DNA of 38,670 nucleotides from an uncultured Aminicenantes bacterium (GTDB taxonomy: Bacteria; Acidobacteriota; Aminicenantia; UBA2199): assembly GCA_965195285.1 (NCBI GenBank), contig CBDAFS010000036.1, positions 1 to 38,670 on the forward strand. Direction: 5' to 3'. Position numbers and translations under genes: made by a program. Below are positions 27,948 to 37,259 of the stretch, in pieces. The notes beneath the pieces are model-generated. The model ran no database searches, had not been told where the DNA came from, and worked only from the letters and a program-made list of their open reading frames with translations. Positions within the stretch are counted from its first letter, which is position 1, and each line of letters begins with the position of its first letter.

Positions 27948-28697
27948 ATGTCTGTGGAATTTTTTGGATCATGTTCTGATAAAAAAAATGTTTCCCTGAA
28001 AGAATTCATTGAATATTTAAAAAACCAGGGCCTGGTCAAAAACGTTTACGGACCCTTTGGAGAAGAAGGAGTGCAAATGGCACTTTTCTTTCCCGAAAAT
28101 GGCATTCGTGGCTTTTCTGCTACATTTATGGAAAATGAAACCGAGGTAACCTTTTCTTTCCGACAGAATATCCTCCCCAATTTAAGTGATTGGCAAACCC
28201 TTCTTTCTGCCCTGCAATTTTTAGTGCAGATTACGGAATGCAGCATCAGAGACGAAGATAACCAATTATTGGATCATGATATTTTAGAACGATGGAAATC
28301 CAGGGAAGTTTATCGTAAGCGGCATCTTTTTGAAGCTGATGGAATTGTAGAACAACTGAGAACCGAAGATGACGAGTTTACATTCCCCACCTTTCCATTT
28401 GATTTAAAAGTTTACAGGAAATATATTGATTTTAATGCTTCGATAGAGGAACAATTTGATCGGATCATAAAAATATTAGAAAAACAGGTAGCACATTACG
28501 CGTCATGTTACATCCCGTCGATAGTGAAAATCAGTGACAAATCAGGCAGGGAGCACTCGATGATTGTCTGGACACCGACTATTCCAACCCTTGCCTGGGA
28601 AGTGGATTGGATCAGCCTCAATGAAATGTCATTTGGCGAAAACAAAGTTGTATGTTTTCAAGACCTTCTGGATATTCTCGGGGACCGGATGAAGTAA
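27948..28697 (+). CDS. Hypothetical protein, weakly DUF4299-like, possibly prematurely terminated
   Basis: GAGGG SD and a 249-aa ORF; the frame stays open for 37 more codons after TAA, up to TAG at 28811. Confidence 0.6.
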   Translation: MSVEFFGSCSDKKNVSLKEFIEYLKNQGLVKNVYGPFGEEGVQMALFFPENGIRGFSATFMENETEVTFSFRQNILPNLSDWQTLLSALQFLVQITECSIRDEDNQLLDHDILERWKSREVYRKRHLFEADGIVEQLRTEDDEFTFPTFPFDLKVYRKYIDFNASIEEQFDRIIKILEKQVAHYASCYIPSIVKISDKSGREHSMIVWTPTIPTLAWEVDWISLNEMSFGENKVVCFQDLLDILGDRMK

Positions 28698-28884
28698 ATT
28701 GGTTCTATGACAGCCAACAGTAAAAGGGTTGAACTGCCGGTTCTCGATTTTAAAAAGATACAGGACCAGCAATTGAAGACAAAAATACTTGCTTTGAAAT
28801 CCACTTTATAGACTGTCTCATTAAATAAACTGAATCCTTCTACAATAAAAATCGATTGAATAAAGTATAATGGTTGATCGAACC

Positions 28885-29685
28885 ATGAAAATTGTAGCCA
28901 CCTGTGATATCCATTATGATCTGCTCGATTCGGAGAAACTGGAAAACGACTTTTTTCATTTCCTGGAATCAATGAAAACTGAAAAAGCCGATGTGCTGGT
29001 CATTGCCGGGGATGTGGTGGGTCTGGGCTGGACCAGACTGGAAAAATGCCTGGAATGGTTTCGTTCCGTGGCTCCCCAGCGAATGATGGTATTCGGTAAC
29101 CACGAACACTGGGCCGCTGACAAAAACACATTCAAACACCTCAAGCGGTTGGAAAAAATTATTGAAGACAGCGGATTTGTTCTGTTAGACAAAGAACCAA
29201 TAAAGCTGGGAAAAGTGGGTTTTGCGGGCAACTGCGGCTGGTATGATTATTCTTTTGCAGAAAAGCCAATACTTCCCGGGACTGTATTTGAAAAGAAAGA
29301 GTTTCTCGGCCGGGTGGTTTGGAACGATGCCAACTTTGTCGGGCTGAACCGGAGCGACCCGGAATACACCAATGAATTGATAACTAAACTTGAGAAAGAC
29401 ATCAAAATCCTGGAGAGTCAGGTGGAAACCATCGTGGTTGTCACCCACCACCCGGGCTTTCGGGAAATGCTGACTGATAAACCCGGCGATAAACTCTGGG
29501 CTTTTACCAATGCCTTCATGGGAAGTAAAAAATTAGGTGAGATGCTCCTGAAACACCCGAAGGTAAAGTATCACATCTGCGGCCACAGCCACCATGCCTG
29601 CCGAATCAAAAAAGGCCAGCTGGAATCCATCAACCCGGGATCAAGCTATTCTTATAAAAGATATTCTATTCTCGAAATTAAATAA
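28885..29685 (+). CDS. Calcineurin-like metallophosphoesterase
   Basis: DIH, AGD, GNHE, THH and GHSH motifs in canonical order. Start at 28885 (MKIVAT) or 28870. Confidence 0.9.
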   Translation: MKIVATCDIHYDLLDSEKLENDFFHFLESMKTEKADVLVIAGDVVGLGWTRLEKCLEWFRSVAPQRMMVFGNHEHWAADKNTFKHLKRLEKIIEDSGFVLLDKEPIKLGKVGFAGNCGWYDYSFAEKPILPGTVFEKKEFLGRVVWNDANFVGLNRSDPEYTNELITKLEKDIKILESQVETIVVVTHHPGFREMLTDKPGDKLWAFTNAFMGSKKLGEMLLKHPKVKYHICGHSHHACRIKKGQLESINPGSSYSYKRYSILEIK

Positions 29686-29725
29686 GCTTGATATAAAATT
29701 CGAAAAAGAGATTAAAAACCTACTG

Positions 29726-29796
29726 GTCATTTGTGACCGTTGGTCACGTCAGGTACATGCAAAGCATGCGTCATTTGTTCACTTCGTGAACGTCAG
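29726..29796. repeat. 22-nt-period array of GTCA-NNN plus triloop hairpins (REP-like)
   Basis: GTCA at 29726, 29748, 29770 and 29792. Between them lie GTGACC-GTT-GGTCAC, aCATGC-AAA-GCATGc and GTTCAC-TTC-GTGAAC. Confidence 0.7.
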
Positions 29797-29903
29797 TGAA
29801 AAATAAATGACAAGCATCAGAGAGGTGTTATGACCATTTTGTTTTTTCCTTTACTTCACCCTTTGCCTTTATCTAAGTTAGAGAGTAAGAGCGTTAATTG
29901 GGT

Positions 29904-32900
29904 TTAATCCAAATTCTTCCTGATTATCTTCTTAACCTGTTGGCTTTGGGTGAGGCGGGAGATGTAGATGAGGTTTTCTTTCTTGATTAATGGTGATTGC
30001 AGGACTCGGTCAATCACCGGCATGAGATCGTCTCCCAGCCAGATAAACAGCCGGAATAAATCTTCATCTGCAAAACGGTCGCTCATGAGGCGCTGATGAA
30101 TGTCTTTATACATGGCAACCAGCAGGGATTTGCTTTTTTTTCCAGTTGGCGCTAGCCGGCCGGTTATCCATGGGTCAAACCGTTCGGTGCCATCAAAGTA
30201 CCAGTTAGAGAATAGTTTAAAATCATCCTCTGAAACCGTATCCTCTCTGTTCGGAAATTTCAGCTTACACTTCCTGGCTAACTCCATACAAAACAGATCA
30301 AAGCAGATTTTCACCCAGGGGGAACCCCCGTAATTAAAATCATAACTGTCGCAGCTGCCGTAGGAATGACAGCCAAACAGGGTACCGTCTTCCCTCAGTA
30401 GTAAAAGTTTCCGGCCCAAAATTTTCCCGGTTTCATTTTTCAGGTACAGCACCCGTTTGTTCATTTCCAGGGCATTGGCTACAACTGAATAATCGTGGAT
30501 TCCTCCGACTTTTAAACAGGTATTAAACATGTTTCCCATGTGAAATATTTTTAAGGGGTTGGTCTCGGTATAAACCTGCCAGACCTGACCATTGACATTC
30601 CAGGTTTTTTCAAATCCCTTTATCCATACTCCGGTATCAACACCGGATTTTTTCAATGCCTTCAGATATTTCTGGTTGAGCGGATATTCGATTGTCCACT
30701 TACGGTCCTGCCTTGCCTCCTGGTTCAGCAAGCGCCGCAGGATGCGCCGGTTTTTATTAGTGCTGAGGTAAAGCCATAATGCATTGTCCCAGTCCGGATC
30801 ACCGGCTTCGATCACCTTTCCCTTTACCATGGTCTTCCAGTGTTTCTGAATGACTATTTTTATCCCTTTTTCCAGGGCCTCCATCTTTAACAAGGGCACT
30901 TGTCGGGGCAACAGGCGGGAGAGCTTCTGGTCAATCAAATCATTGATCGCTTCCGAATCCCCCAGGGTAGCGGAAACTTTCTCAAGACGCTTAATGGCTG
31001 ATCTGTCAAGCAGCCCGGCCCTTTTATTTTTCACCAGGGCCTGGTGTTCGTTTTCCAAAATGGCAGGCAGGTCAATGATTTTCTGGATTTTTTCAGAAAC
31101 CGTCCTGTCTGCTCTATTCAAGTTTTTATAATATATATACTCCTGCCACAATACCTGGGCCTCTTTGGAAATCCGATGGGGAAAGGAATGTTTTTCATCA
31201 GCTTGAGGACACTCCCAATTTTTTAAAAAGGTTATGAGCAATTTTTGTTCCGGCAGCAGGCGCACGGTTTCCATTAGATTCAGCACCTGGAAAACATCAG
31301 CCTGATAGTCAATCTTAATAAACCGGGATAACAAAAACTGACTAACACCGGGAAATTTCCGACAATATTCCCAGCCCTGGATCAGTTTTTTATAATTGGT
31401 ATTCTCCCGGGCCGACCGGACCAAAAAATCCAGTAACCGGAACACCTCGCCATAAGATAATATCACCATGAGTTTCTGAAAATCAGAATCACTGGAAAAA
31501 AAATCAGCATGATCGATCGATTTATTTTCTTTCAAATGGATTTCTTCTTTTTCCTGGCAGAGATTCAGCAGGCGGGTAACCATTTTTTTTTCATCCCGGT
31601 AAGATTGACTTTCCCAGTAATAGCCGATATCCAGAACCGGGGTACGCCGGTACAGGGCCTCTTCAAAACGATCATTGCCTGAAATTTCAGATCCATCATT
31701 AAGAAATATATATTTTTTTATGGAATCAATGATAACGTCAATAATCCAACGGTGATTTTTGATGAATTGTTGTCTCTCTTTTTCATCCGGATAATCATCG
31801 GGTTCATAGGGATCATCCTCCAGATGGCTTTCACTCACACAGAATCTTAATATGGTATTCAACAGCTGGCTCATCTGGACCCAGGACAATCCCGATTTTT
31901 CAACTGTTTCAGAAGCCCAGAAGAGCAGCCATTTCTTAAGGGTCCGGTTTGGTAACCGGAACAACCGGGCCCAGATAAGCCGGTGATGAAGGGTAAGATC
32001 AAACCACTTCTCATCCTGGTGCTCCAGCCATTGGACATAGTCTTTCAAAGCATCCGGCGTCCCTTTTTTCATCACGGCCCGGGTGGAATATATCATGTTT
32101 CGGTCGATCACAAACCCACACTGTTCCGGGGTCAATGAACCGTATCTGGAAACCACCCCCATGGTGATCATCCACTCGTTGATCAATTCCCGGGACAGGC
32201 TGAAATCCGGCTGAGATATACTGGTTATCAGATACAGGAGATCATGTCCCAACAAATCATGCCCCCGTTCTGAAAGCAGAAAAAAGAAACGATCCAGATT
32301 GGATGGGTCTCCCCGTGAAGCGATCCATCCGGTCTCCAGGATCTGCACCGCCAGTACACCCGGATCATTCCGATCCTCATTCCAGAACCAATAAATAAGT
32401 AAGACTTCCAGCCACTGGGTCAAATTTTTGAGATCTTTTTCTCCATTGGCCTGGCCAGTCATTCTTACAGCCATTCCCGGAATGACCGGAAGTATATCTT
32501 CTGGTTCACCCGTTTTTACATCAAAGTAGTGAAGATCCTTCTGCAACTCATTGAATATGGTCTTCCACTTGCGGTTGTTGAAAAAGATGGTGGGAAAATG
32601 ACCACCGAGACAATACCAGTAAGCAAAATCCAACATTTTTTTTGGGGATAATTCTTTATTATTGAGTAGAAGACCCTGTTTATTGATAAATTCCAGATAA
32701 TTTGGAATAAAGGCATCAGCAAAAAATTGAATCCGGTTTTCTGATTCGATCGCATTGTCTCCGGTGGTGAAGTCATCTTCATCCACTTTTTCCCGGATAT
32801 CTTTGATAGTGTTGTTCATGATTTGAAGCAGAGCCTGACCCCTCCGGTGGGGCTCAGATTCCAATCGGAAACAGGACCGGTTCAGAGCAGAGAGTTTCTT

Positions 32901-33794
32901 GAGAAAATCAATATCTATCGATTGTCCTCCGATCACCCTTTCCCACAGGGCCAGTGCCACATGGGGGTGATTGAGCTCTTTGAAAATTGAAAAATCAGAG
33001 GATGATATTTTTTTCCCCAACTTCAATTTGGCCACTATATCAACAGGCCAGCGGAAAAGCGTGGATCCCAGTCTATTCCAGATTTTCAGATTCTCCGGCA
33101 AATTTGCTTTTTTCTTCTCAATACCCAGCACAATTGCTGCCAGGATTTTCCCGGGAGATTCAGAGTCATCATTTTCTTTTACCCACGATAATATTTTTTC
33201 CGGATGGATTCTTTGGGACGGCTGGTCTTTGTCCTGTCCCAGCCAGAGACAGGATTCTTCGATTGCCAGTCTGTCAGGATGGCTGTTCCCCATTTTTGAA
33301 ATTGCTTTCAATGTGGCTCCCACCCGGTTCAGGATCACAGCCTGTTGTTCCAGCCATTTTTTGACATCGGGAATTATCTTAGGCAGTGCCCGGGGATATT
33401 TGCGGGCTGCCTGCAAAGCCCGGGAAGTTTTGGCAATCAGATTTTCAGTGACCCGGATACAATCCACCAGAGGGTTAATCAGGTATTCCTGCTTTTCTTC
33501 TGAATTTTCTGATTCCGATTTTTTCCCCTCAAAAGTTAACTGAACCGCATAAATACCGGTGGGTAACCCCTTCAGTTTTTCCCCGATTAAAAACTGAACC
33601 GGGCGGTACAGGTAATCCCCCCGGAAAGGAATTTTGGTGCCTGTCCCGCTCCAGTATATCAAGGGAAAAGACAACCACTGCAGGTTCTTGACGATCTCCC
33701 GGGCCCCGCCCCTCTTTTCCACATTGGGCCTGCCCTTTTTCCTCTTCTGCCTCTGTTTAACAGGAAAATTCTCAAAATTTTCTTTATCGGTCAT
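29904..33794 (-). CDS. Large (~1296 aa) hypothetical protein
   Basis: Long uninterrupted ORF. The ATG at 33794 (MTDKENF) avoids overlap with the upstream gene. C-terminal block 'ETNPLKIFHMG..FNTCL..GG...YSVVANA...NKRVLY...G...GR.L' looks conserved. Confidence 0.75.
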   Translation of the reverse strand: MTDKENFENFPVKQRQKRKKGRPNVEKRGGAREIVKNLQWLSFPLIYWSGTGTKIPFRGDYLYRPVQFLIGEKLKGLPTGIYAVQLTFEGKKSESENSEEKQEYLINPLVDCIRVTENLIAKTSRALQAARKYPRALPKIIPDVKKWLEQQAVILNRVGATLKAISKMGNSHPDRLAIEESCLWLGQDKDQPSQRIHPEKILSWVKENDDSESPGKILAAIVLGIEKKKANLPENLKIWNRLGSTLFRWPVDIVAKLKLGKKISSSDFSIFKELNHPHVALALWERVIGGQSIDIDFLKKLSALNRSCFRLESEPHRRGQALLQIMNNTIKDIREKVDEDDFTTGDNAIESENRIQFFADAFIPNYLEFINKQGLLLNNKELSPKKMLDFAYWYCLGGHFPTIFFNNRKWKTIFNELQKDLHYFDVKTGEPEDILPVIPGMAVRMTGQANGEKDLKNLTQWLEVLLIYWFWNEDRNDPGVLAVQILETGWIASRGDPSNLDRFFFLLSERGHDLLGHDLLYLITSISQPDFSLSRELINEWMITMGVVSRYGSLTPEQCGFVIDRNMIYSTRAVMKKGTPDALKDYVQWLEHQDEKWFDLTLHHRLIWARLFRLPNRTLKKWLLFWASETVEKSGLSWVQMSQLLNTILRFCVSESHLEDDPYEPDDYPDEKERQQFIKNHRWIIDVIIDSIKKYIFLNDGSEISGNDRFEEALYRRTPVLDIGYYWESQSYRDEKKMVTRLLNLCQEKEEIHLKENKSIDHADFFSSDSDFQKLMVILSYGEVFRLLDFLVRSARENTNYKKLIQGWEYCRKFPGVSQFLLSRFIKIDYQADVFQVLNLMETVRLLPEQKLLITFLKNWECPQADEKHSFPHRISKEAQVLWQEYIYYKNLNRADRTVSEKIQKIIDLPAILENEHQALVKNKRAGLLDRSAIKRLEKVSATLGDSEAINDLIDQKLSRLLPRQVPLLKMEALEKGIKIVIQKHWKTMVKGKVIEAGDPDWDNALWLYLSTNKNRRILRRLLNQEARQDRKWTIEYPLNQKYLKALKKSGVDTGVWIKGFEKTWNVNGQVWQVYTETNPLKIFHMGNMFNTCLKVGGIHDYSVVANALEMNKRVLYLKNETGKILGRKLLLLREDGTLFGCHSYGSCDSYDFNYGGSPWVKICFDLFCMELARKCKLKFPNREDTVSEDDFKLFSNWYFDGTERFDPWITGRLAPTGKKSKSLLVAMYKDIHQRLMSDRFADEDLFRLFIWLGDDLMPVIDRVLQSPLIKKENLIYISRLTQSQQVKKIIRKNLD

Positions 33795-33801
33795 AATAAG
33801 T

Positions 33802-35988
33802 TTACAATATCTTCTGACACGCTTCTTCAATATATTGAGAATCAAAATTCTTCATACTGAAAAAAAGTAATAAACCCTGATCATCGCCAATCACAAGTTT
33901 ATTGCTGACCGGACTGAAAGCAATGGCTTTTATTCGGTCAGTGTAACCTCTTAAGGTAAATATTTCCTTTCCGCTGCTCGATTGCCAAATTTTAATTGTT
34001 CTATCCAGGCTCACTGAAACAATTACTCTACCATTATTAATAAAAAAACATCTTCGGACACTGTCCCTGTGGCCTTTCAAATTATAGATTAAATGACCAT
34101 CCTTTCCACTCCATAATTTAAGTGTATTGTCTTGGCTGGCAGAAACAATAAGAATGCCATCCGGGCTGAGGTCACAATCATTCACATAATGTGTATGTCC
34201 GATAAGAGTGAATAATTCTTCTCCTCTCCTCAAATCCCAAAGTTTAATAGTTTTATCCCAACTCCCAGAAAGTATCCTTTTACCATCAGGAGTGAATTTT
34301 GCCACGCTCACCGTATCACCATGACCATACAGAGTCAGTATATTCTTCCCCTTTAATAAATCCCAAACCTTGAGGGTTTTGTCACCACTGGCGGAAACCA
34401 CCATATTATTGCCGGGACTGAAATCACAACAATTAATATAATATTTATGTCCTTTCAAGGTTTTTAACAATTTTCCACCATCTGTTTTCCATATTTTAAT
34501 GGTCTTATCCCAGCTCGAAGAACATATTAAATTACCCGGGTGATTGAATTTACAGCAAGTAATCCGGTCTTCATGTCCGACAAGTGTGGATAAATTCTTA
34601 CCGGTATCGGTATTCCATAGTTTGAGTGTGGTATCCAGGCTCGTTGATAAAATCTTCTTACCATCCGGACTGAATGCACAACCTGTAACCTCTTCACTAT
34701 GCCCTTTTAAAACATTTATTCCCTTTTGATCCTCAACATTCCATATTTTTAAGGTTCGATCTGTACTGCCTGATACAAGCAATTGACTGTTCGGGCTGAA
34801 CACACAGGTGTTCACCGAATCCGAATGAGCAAAAATATTCGCCTGTGCATCAGGTCTCAAGTTTTGGCTTACATCCCATAACTTAAGTGTTTTGTCTCTT
34901 CCAGCAGACAAAACTCTTTTTCCATCCGGACTGTATTGGCAATCCAAAACAGAACCGAAATGTCCGCTTAATGTTAAGATTTCTCTGTTATCATCTATAT
35001 CCCATAATTTTAGCGTCTGATCCCAGCTACTGGAAACAAATCTCCTTCCATCATGACTGAAATACGCGGTTTCCACTCCATCATTATGACCCCTGAAAGT
35101 AGCAATGAGTTTTCTGTTTTCAACCTCCCACAGCTTCACGGTTCGGTCTGCGCTGGCCGAGATAAATCTCTTCCCATCCGGACTGAAATCACATTTAATC
35201 ACAGTACCGTTGTGGCCCCTGAAAGTATCTATTAGCTGTCCATCCTCCACATCCCATAATTTCAATGTCCAATCCGCACCTGCAGAGAGTATGTATTGCC
35301 CATCAGGGCTAATTGTGCAGCCCCTAACTCTGGAAATATGGCCTTTCAGGGTAAAAAGTTCCTCACCGGTCTGAACCTTCCAAAGTTTTACAGTGCTGTC
35401 ACGACTTGATGTGACAAGTTTCTCACCATTTAAACTGAATTTACATGACTCAACCCAATCATTATGACCGGACAAAGTAGCAACTTCTCTCAGTGTACTG
35501 GAATCCCATAGCCTAATGGTATTATCACGACCGGCAGATGCAAACAAACAGCCATCAGGACTATAATCACAGGCCAAAACGGGTGACTGGTGTGCGTTAA
35601 ATGAGCCCAATTCTTGGCCGCTTTCACTGTCCCAGATTTTCAGAGAATGATCCCAGCTGCCTGATACAATTTTTTTTCCATCCGGGCTGAAAACACAGGA
35701 TGTGATGACATCAGAGTGGCCGGTATAGGTTCTGATTATGGATTGATCGGACCTTTTTTTATTTAAAAGATAAAGCCATGGTTTTTTATGCTTCTCGAGG
35801 GCAAATTCAAGTCTTTGCTCTAATTTCCCTTTACCCTCAATATTTTCTTTCAGGTGGTTAAAGATTTGGGGAAAAATCAATTCCGGATTTTCTTTAAAAA
35901 TAAATGAAAACCGATCCAAAGTTTTAAAAAGCGTTTGAATAACAGATCTTATTTCTTTCACAACGAATTGTTCTATTCCATTAATCAA
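33802..35988 (-). CDS. Stand-alone WD40 cassette 5 (diverged N-module, no Zn ribbon)
   Basis: 'RSVIQTLFKTLDRFSFIFKENPELIFPQIFN...KPWL' followed by about 14-15 regular WD repeats. Start uncertain (TTG 35988 or GTG 35961). Confidence 0.88.
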   Translation of the reverse strand: MINGIEQFVVKEIRSVIQTLFKTLDRFSFIFKENPELIFPQIFNHLKENIEGKGKLEQRLEFALEKHKKPWLYLLNKKRSDQSIIRTYTGHSDVITSCVFSPDGKKIVSGSWDHSLKIWDSESGQELGSFNAHQSPVLACDYSPDGCLFASAGRDNTIRLWDSSTLREVATLSGHNDWVESCKFSLNGEKLVTSSRDSTVKLWKVQTGEELFTLKGHISRVRGCTISPDGQYILSAGADWTLKLWDVEDGQLIDTFRGHNGTVIKCDFSPDGKRFISASADRTVKLWEVENRKLIATFRGHNDGVETAYFSHDGRRFVSSSWDQTLKLWDIDDNREILTLSGHFGSVLDCQYSPDGKRVLSAGRDKTLKLWDVSQNLRPDAQANIFAHSDSVNTCVFSPNSQLLVSGSTDRTLKIWNVEDQKGINVLKGHSEEVTGCAFSPDGKKILSTSLDTTLKLWNTDTGKNLSTLVGHEDRITCCKFNHPGNLICSSSWDKTIKIWKTDGGKLLKTLKGHKYYINCCDFSPGNNMVVSASGDKTLKVWDLLKGKNILTLYGHGDTVSVAKFTPDGKRILSGSWDKTIKLWDLRRGEELFTLIGHTHYVNDCDLSPDGILIVSASQDNTLKLWSGKDGHLIYNLKGHRDSVRRCFFINNGRVIVSVSLDRTIKIWQSSSGKEIFTLRGYTDRIKAIAFSPVSNKLVIGDDQGLLLFFSMKNFDSQYIEEACQKIL

Positions 35989-36018
35989 TTAAATCTTGTA
36001 ACTTATCCGGGCGGCGGT

Positions 36019-36417
36019 CTATGGAGATGTAATGGCCCCCCTCTCAATGCTCTTCAGGGGCCGGATACAGAAGTTGATCCAGACAGACTCTACCTTCTCC
36101 TTAAAACGGTCCAGAATGATCCGTAAGGTCAGAGGAGAAGTGGCATACATATAGGGGCAGTAATCGAATTTATTTTCTTTTTCGGTATTGATAATTTCCC
36201 CCTTTTTAGCCAGACCAGACAGATAGGAATATATCTCCTCCTCAGACTCCTTATCCTTACCATTTATTTCAAATGCCACCTTATCCCAGAGAAACAAAGA
36301 AGTTAAAATTTTATTCAAATATCGCCAGCGTTCCTCACCATCTGATACATCGCTGGTAAACCCGTAATACCCTTCCGAGGAATCAATTTCAAATCCCTTC
36401 CAACGGGAAATAATCAT
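36019..36417 (-). CDS. Hypothetical protein
   Basis: 132-aa ORF with AGGAG SD upstream, co-oriented with cassette 5. Confidence 0.6.
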   Translation of the reverse strand: MIISRWKGFEIDSSEGYYGFTSDVSDGEERWRYLNKILTSLFLWDKVAFEINGKDKESEEEIYSYLSGLAKKGEIINTEKENKFDYCPYMYATSPLTLRIILDRFKEKVESVWINFCIRPLKSIERGAITSP

Positions 36418-36632
36418 AACCCACTCCTGATCTATTTTTCAGTTAATCGAATTAACATATCTTCGGGTTGTTTTTAGCCATCAAAATATCACTTATTATT
36501 TTATCACATTAAAAATCATTACAACAATTAAATTTTAGGCTTTCGTTCCAAACAATTCATTTTTAACGGTATGCTTTTTTTTTGGGAATTGGGAATGTGA
36601 AAAAGCTCAGCCTACTGTTGAAATGACTCTAT

Positions 36633-36660
36633 TTGTATTTGGACAAAATTGGTTTATAAT
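36633..36660 (+). promoter_or_regulatory. Possible sigma70 promoter for the HD gene, giving a nearly leaderless transcript
   Basis: TTGTAT, 16-nt spacer, perfect TATAAT at 36655-36660; ATG at 36672. Confidence 0.35.
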
Positions 36661-36671
36661 TGAAAATAATC

Positions 36672-37190
36672 ATGATATCCACTGTTGAAGAAGCAATTTC
36701 ATTGCTCAAGAAACGTGGGGCTGAGGATAGATTATTAACCCATATTAAACTGGTTGGAGAAGCCGCTGAAATTCTATTAGCAATATTAAAAAAATTGGGT
36801 CTTAACATAAATGAAAACCTGGTCAGGATCGGGGTGGTGGTTCATGATGCCGGTAAGGTTGTTCATCCAGGAGAATTAAACCAACCCGGGGATCAGCATG
36901 AGCAGGCGGGATTCGAATTTTTATTAAAAAATAATGTGCAACCTGACATTGCCCGTTTTTGCCTTACCCATGCCCGCTGGAGGGAAACGGAGTGCTCTTT
37001 TGAAGAGTTGCTGGTCGCTTTGGCTGACAATCTATGGAAGGGAAAAAGGGAAGAAGAATTAGAGTTAATGGTTGTTGATCAAACAGCAAAAAAAATAGGA
37101 AGAGATCGATGGGATATCTTTACCGAGATGGATTCCTGCTTTGAGTCCATTGCCGCTGATGGCCCCAACAGATTACATCGAAGTATATAA
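36672..37190 (+). CDS. HD-domain phosphohydrolase
   Basis: H...'VVHDAGK'...HE...H...'LAD' pattern of the HD superfamily. Confidence 0.85.
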   Translation: MISTVEEAISLLKKRGAEDRLLTHIKLVGEAAEILLAILKKLGLNINENLVRIGVVVHDAGKVVHPGELNQPGDQHEQAGFEFLLKNNVQPDIARFCLTHARWRETECSFEELLVALADNLWKGKREEELELMVVDQTAKKIGRDRWDIFTEMDSCFESIAADGPNRLHRSI

Positions 37191-37259
37191 AAATTAATCC
37201 ATCCAAAAACAGGGAGCCTAACATTGCTACATTTTCATAAACTGAGTTTTTTCCCCGTT

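Noticed and set aside
29726-29796. Mini CRISPR array
   Set aside because: The constant part is only 4-9 nt, the variable parts are themselves palindromes, and no cas genes are present.
33795-33845. 5' extension of the 1313-aa ORF as given in the track
   Set aside because: It overlaps the end of cassette 5; the ATG at 33794 is more plausible.
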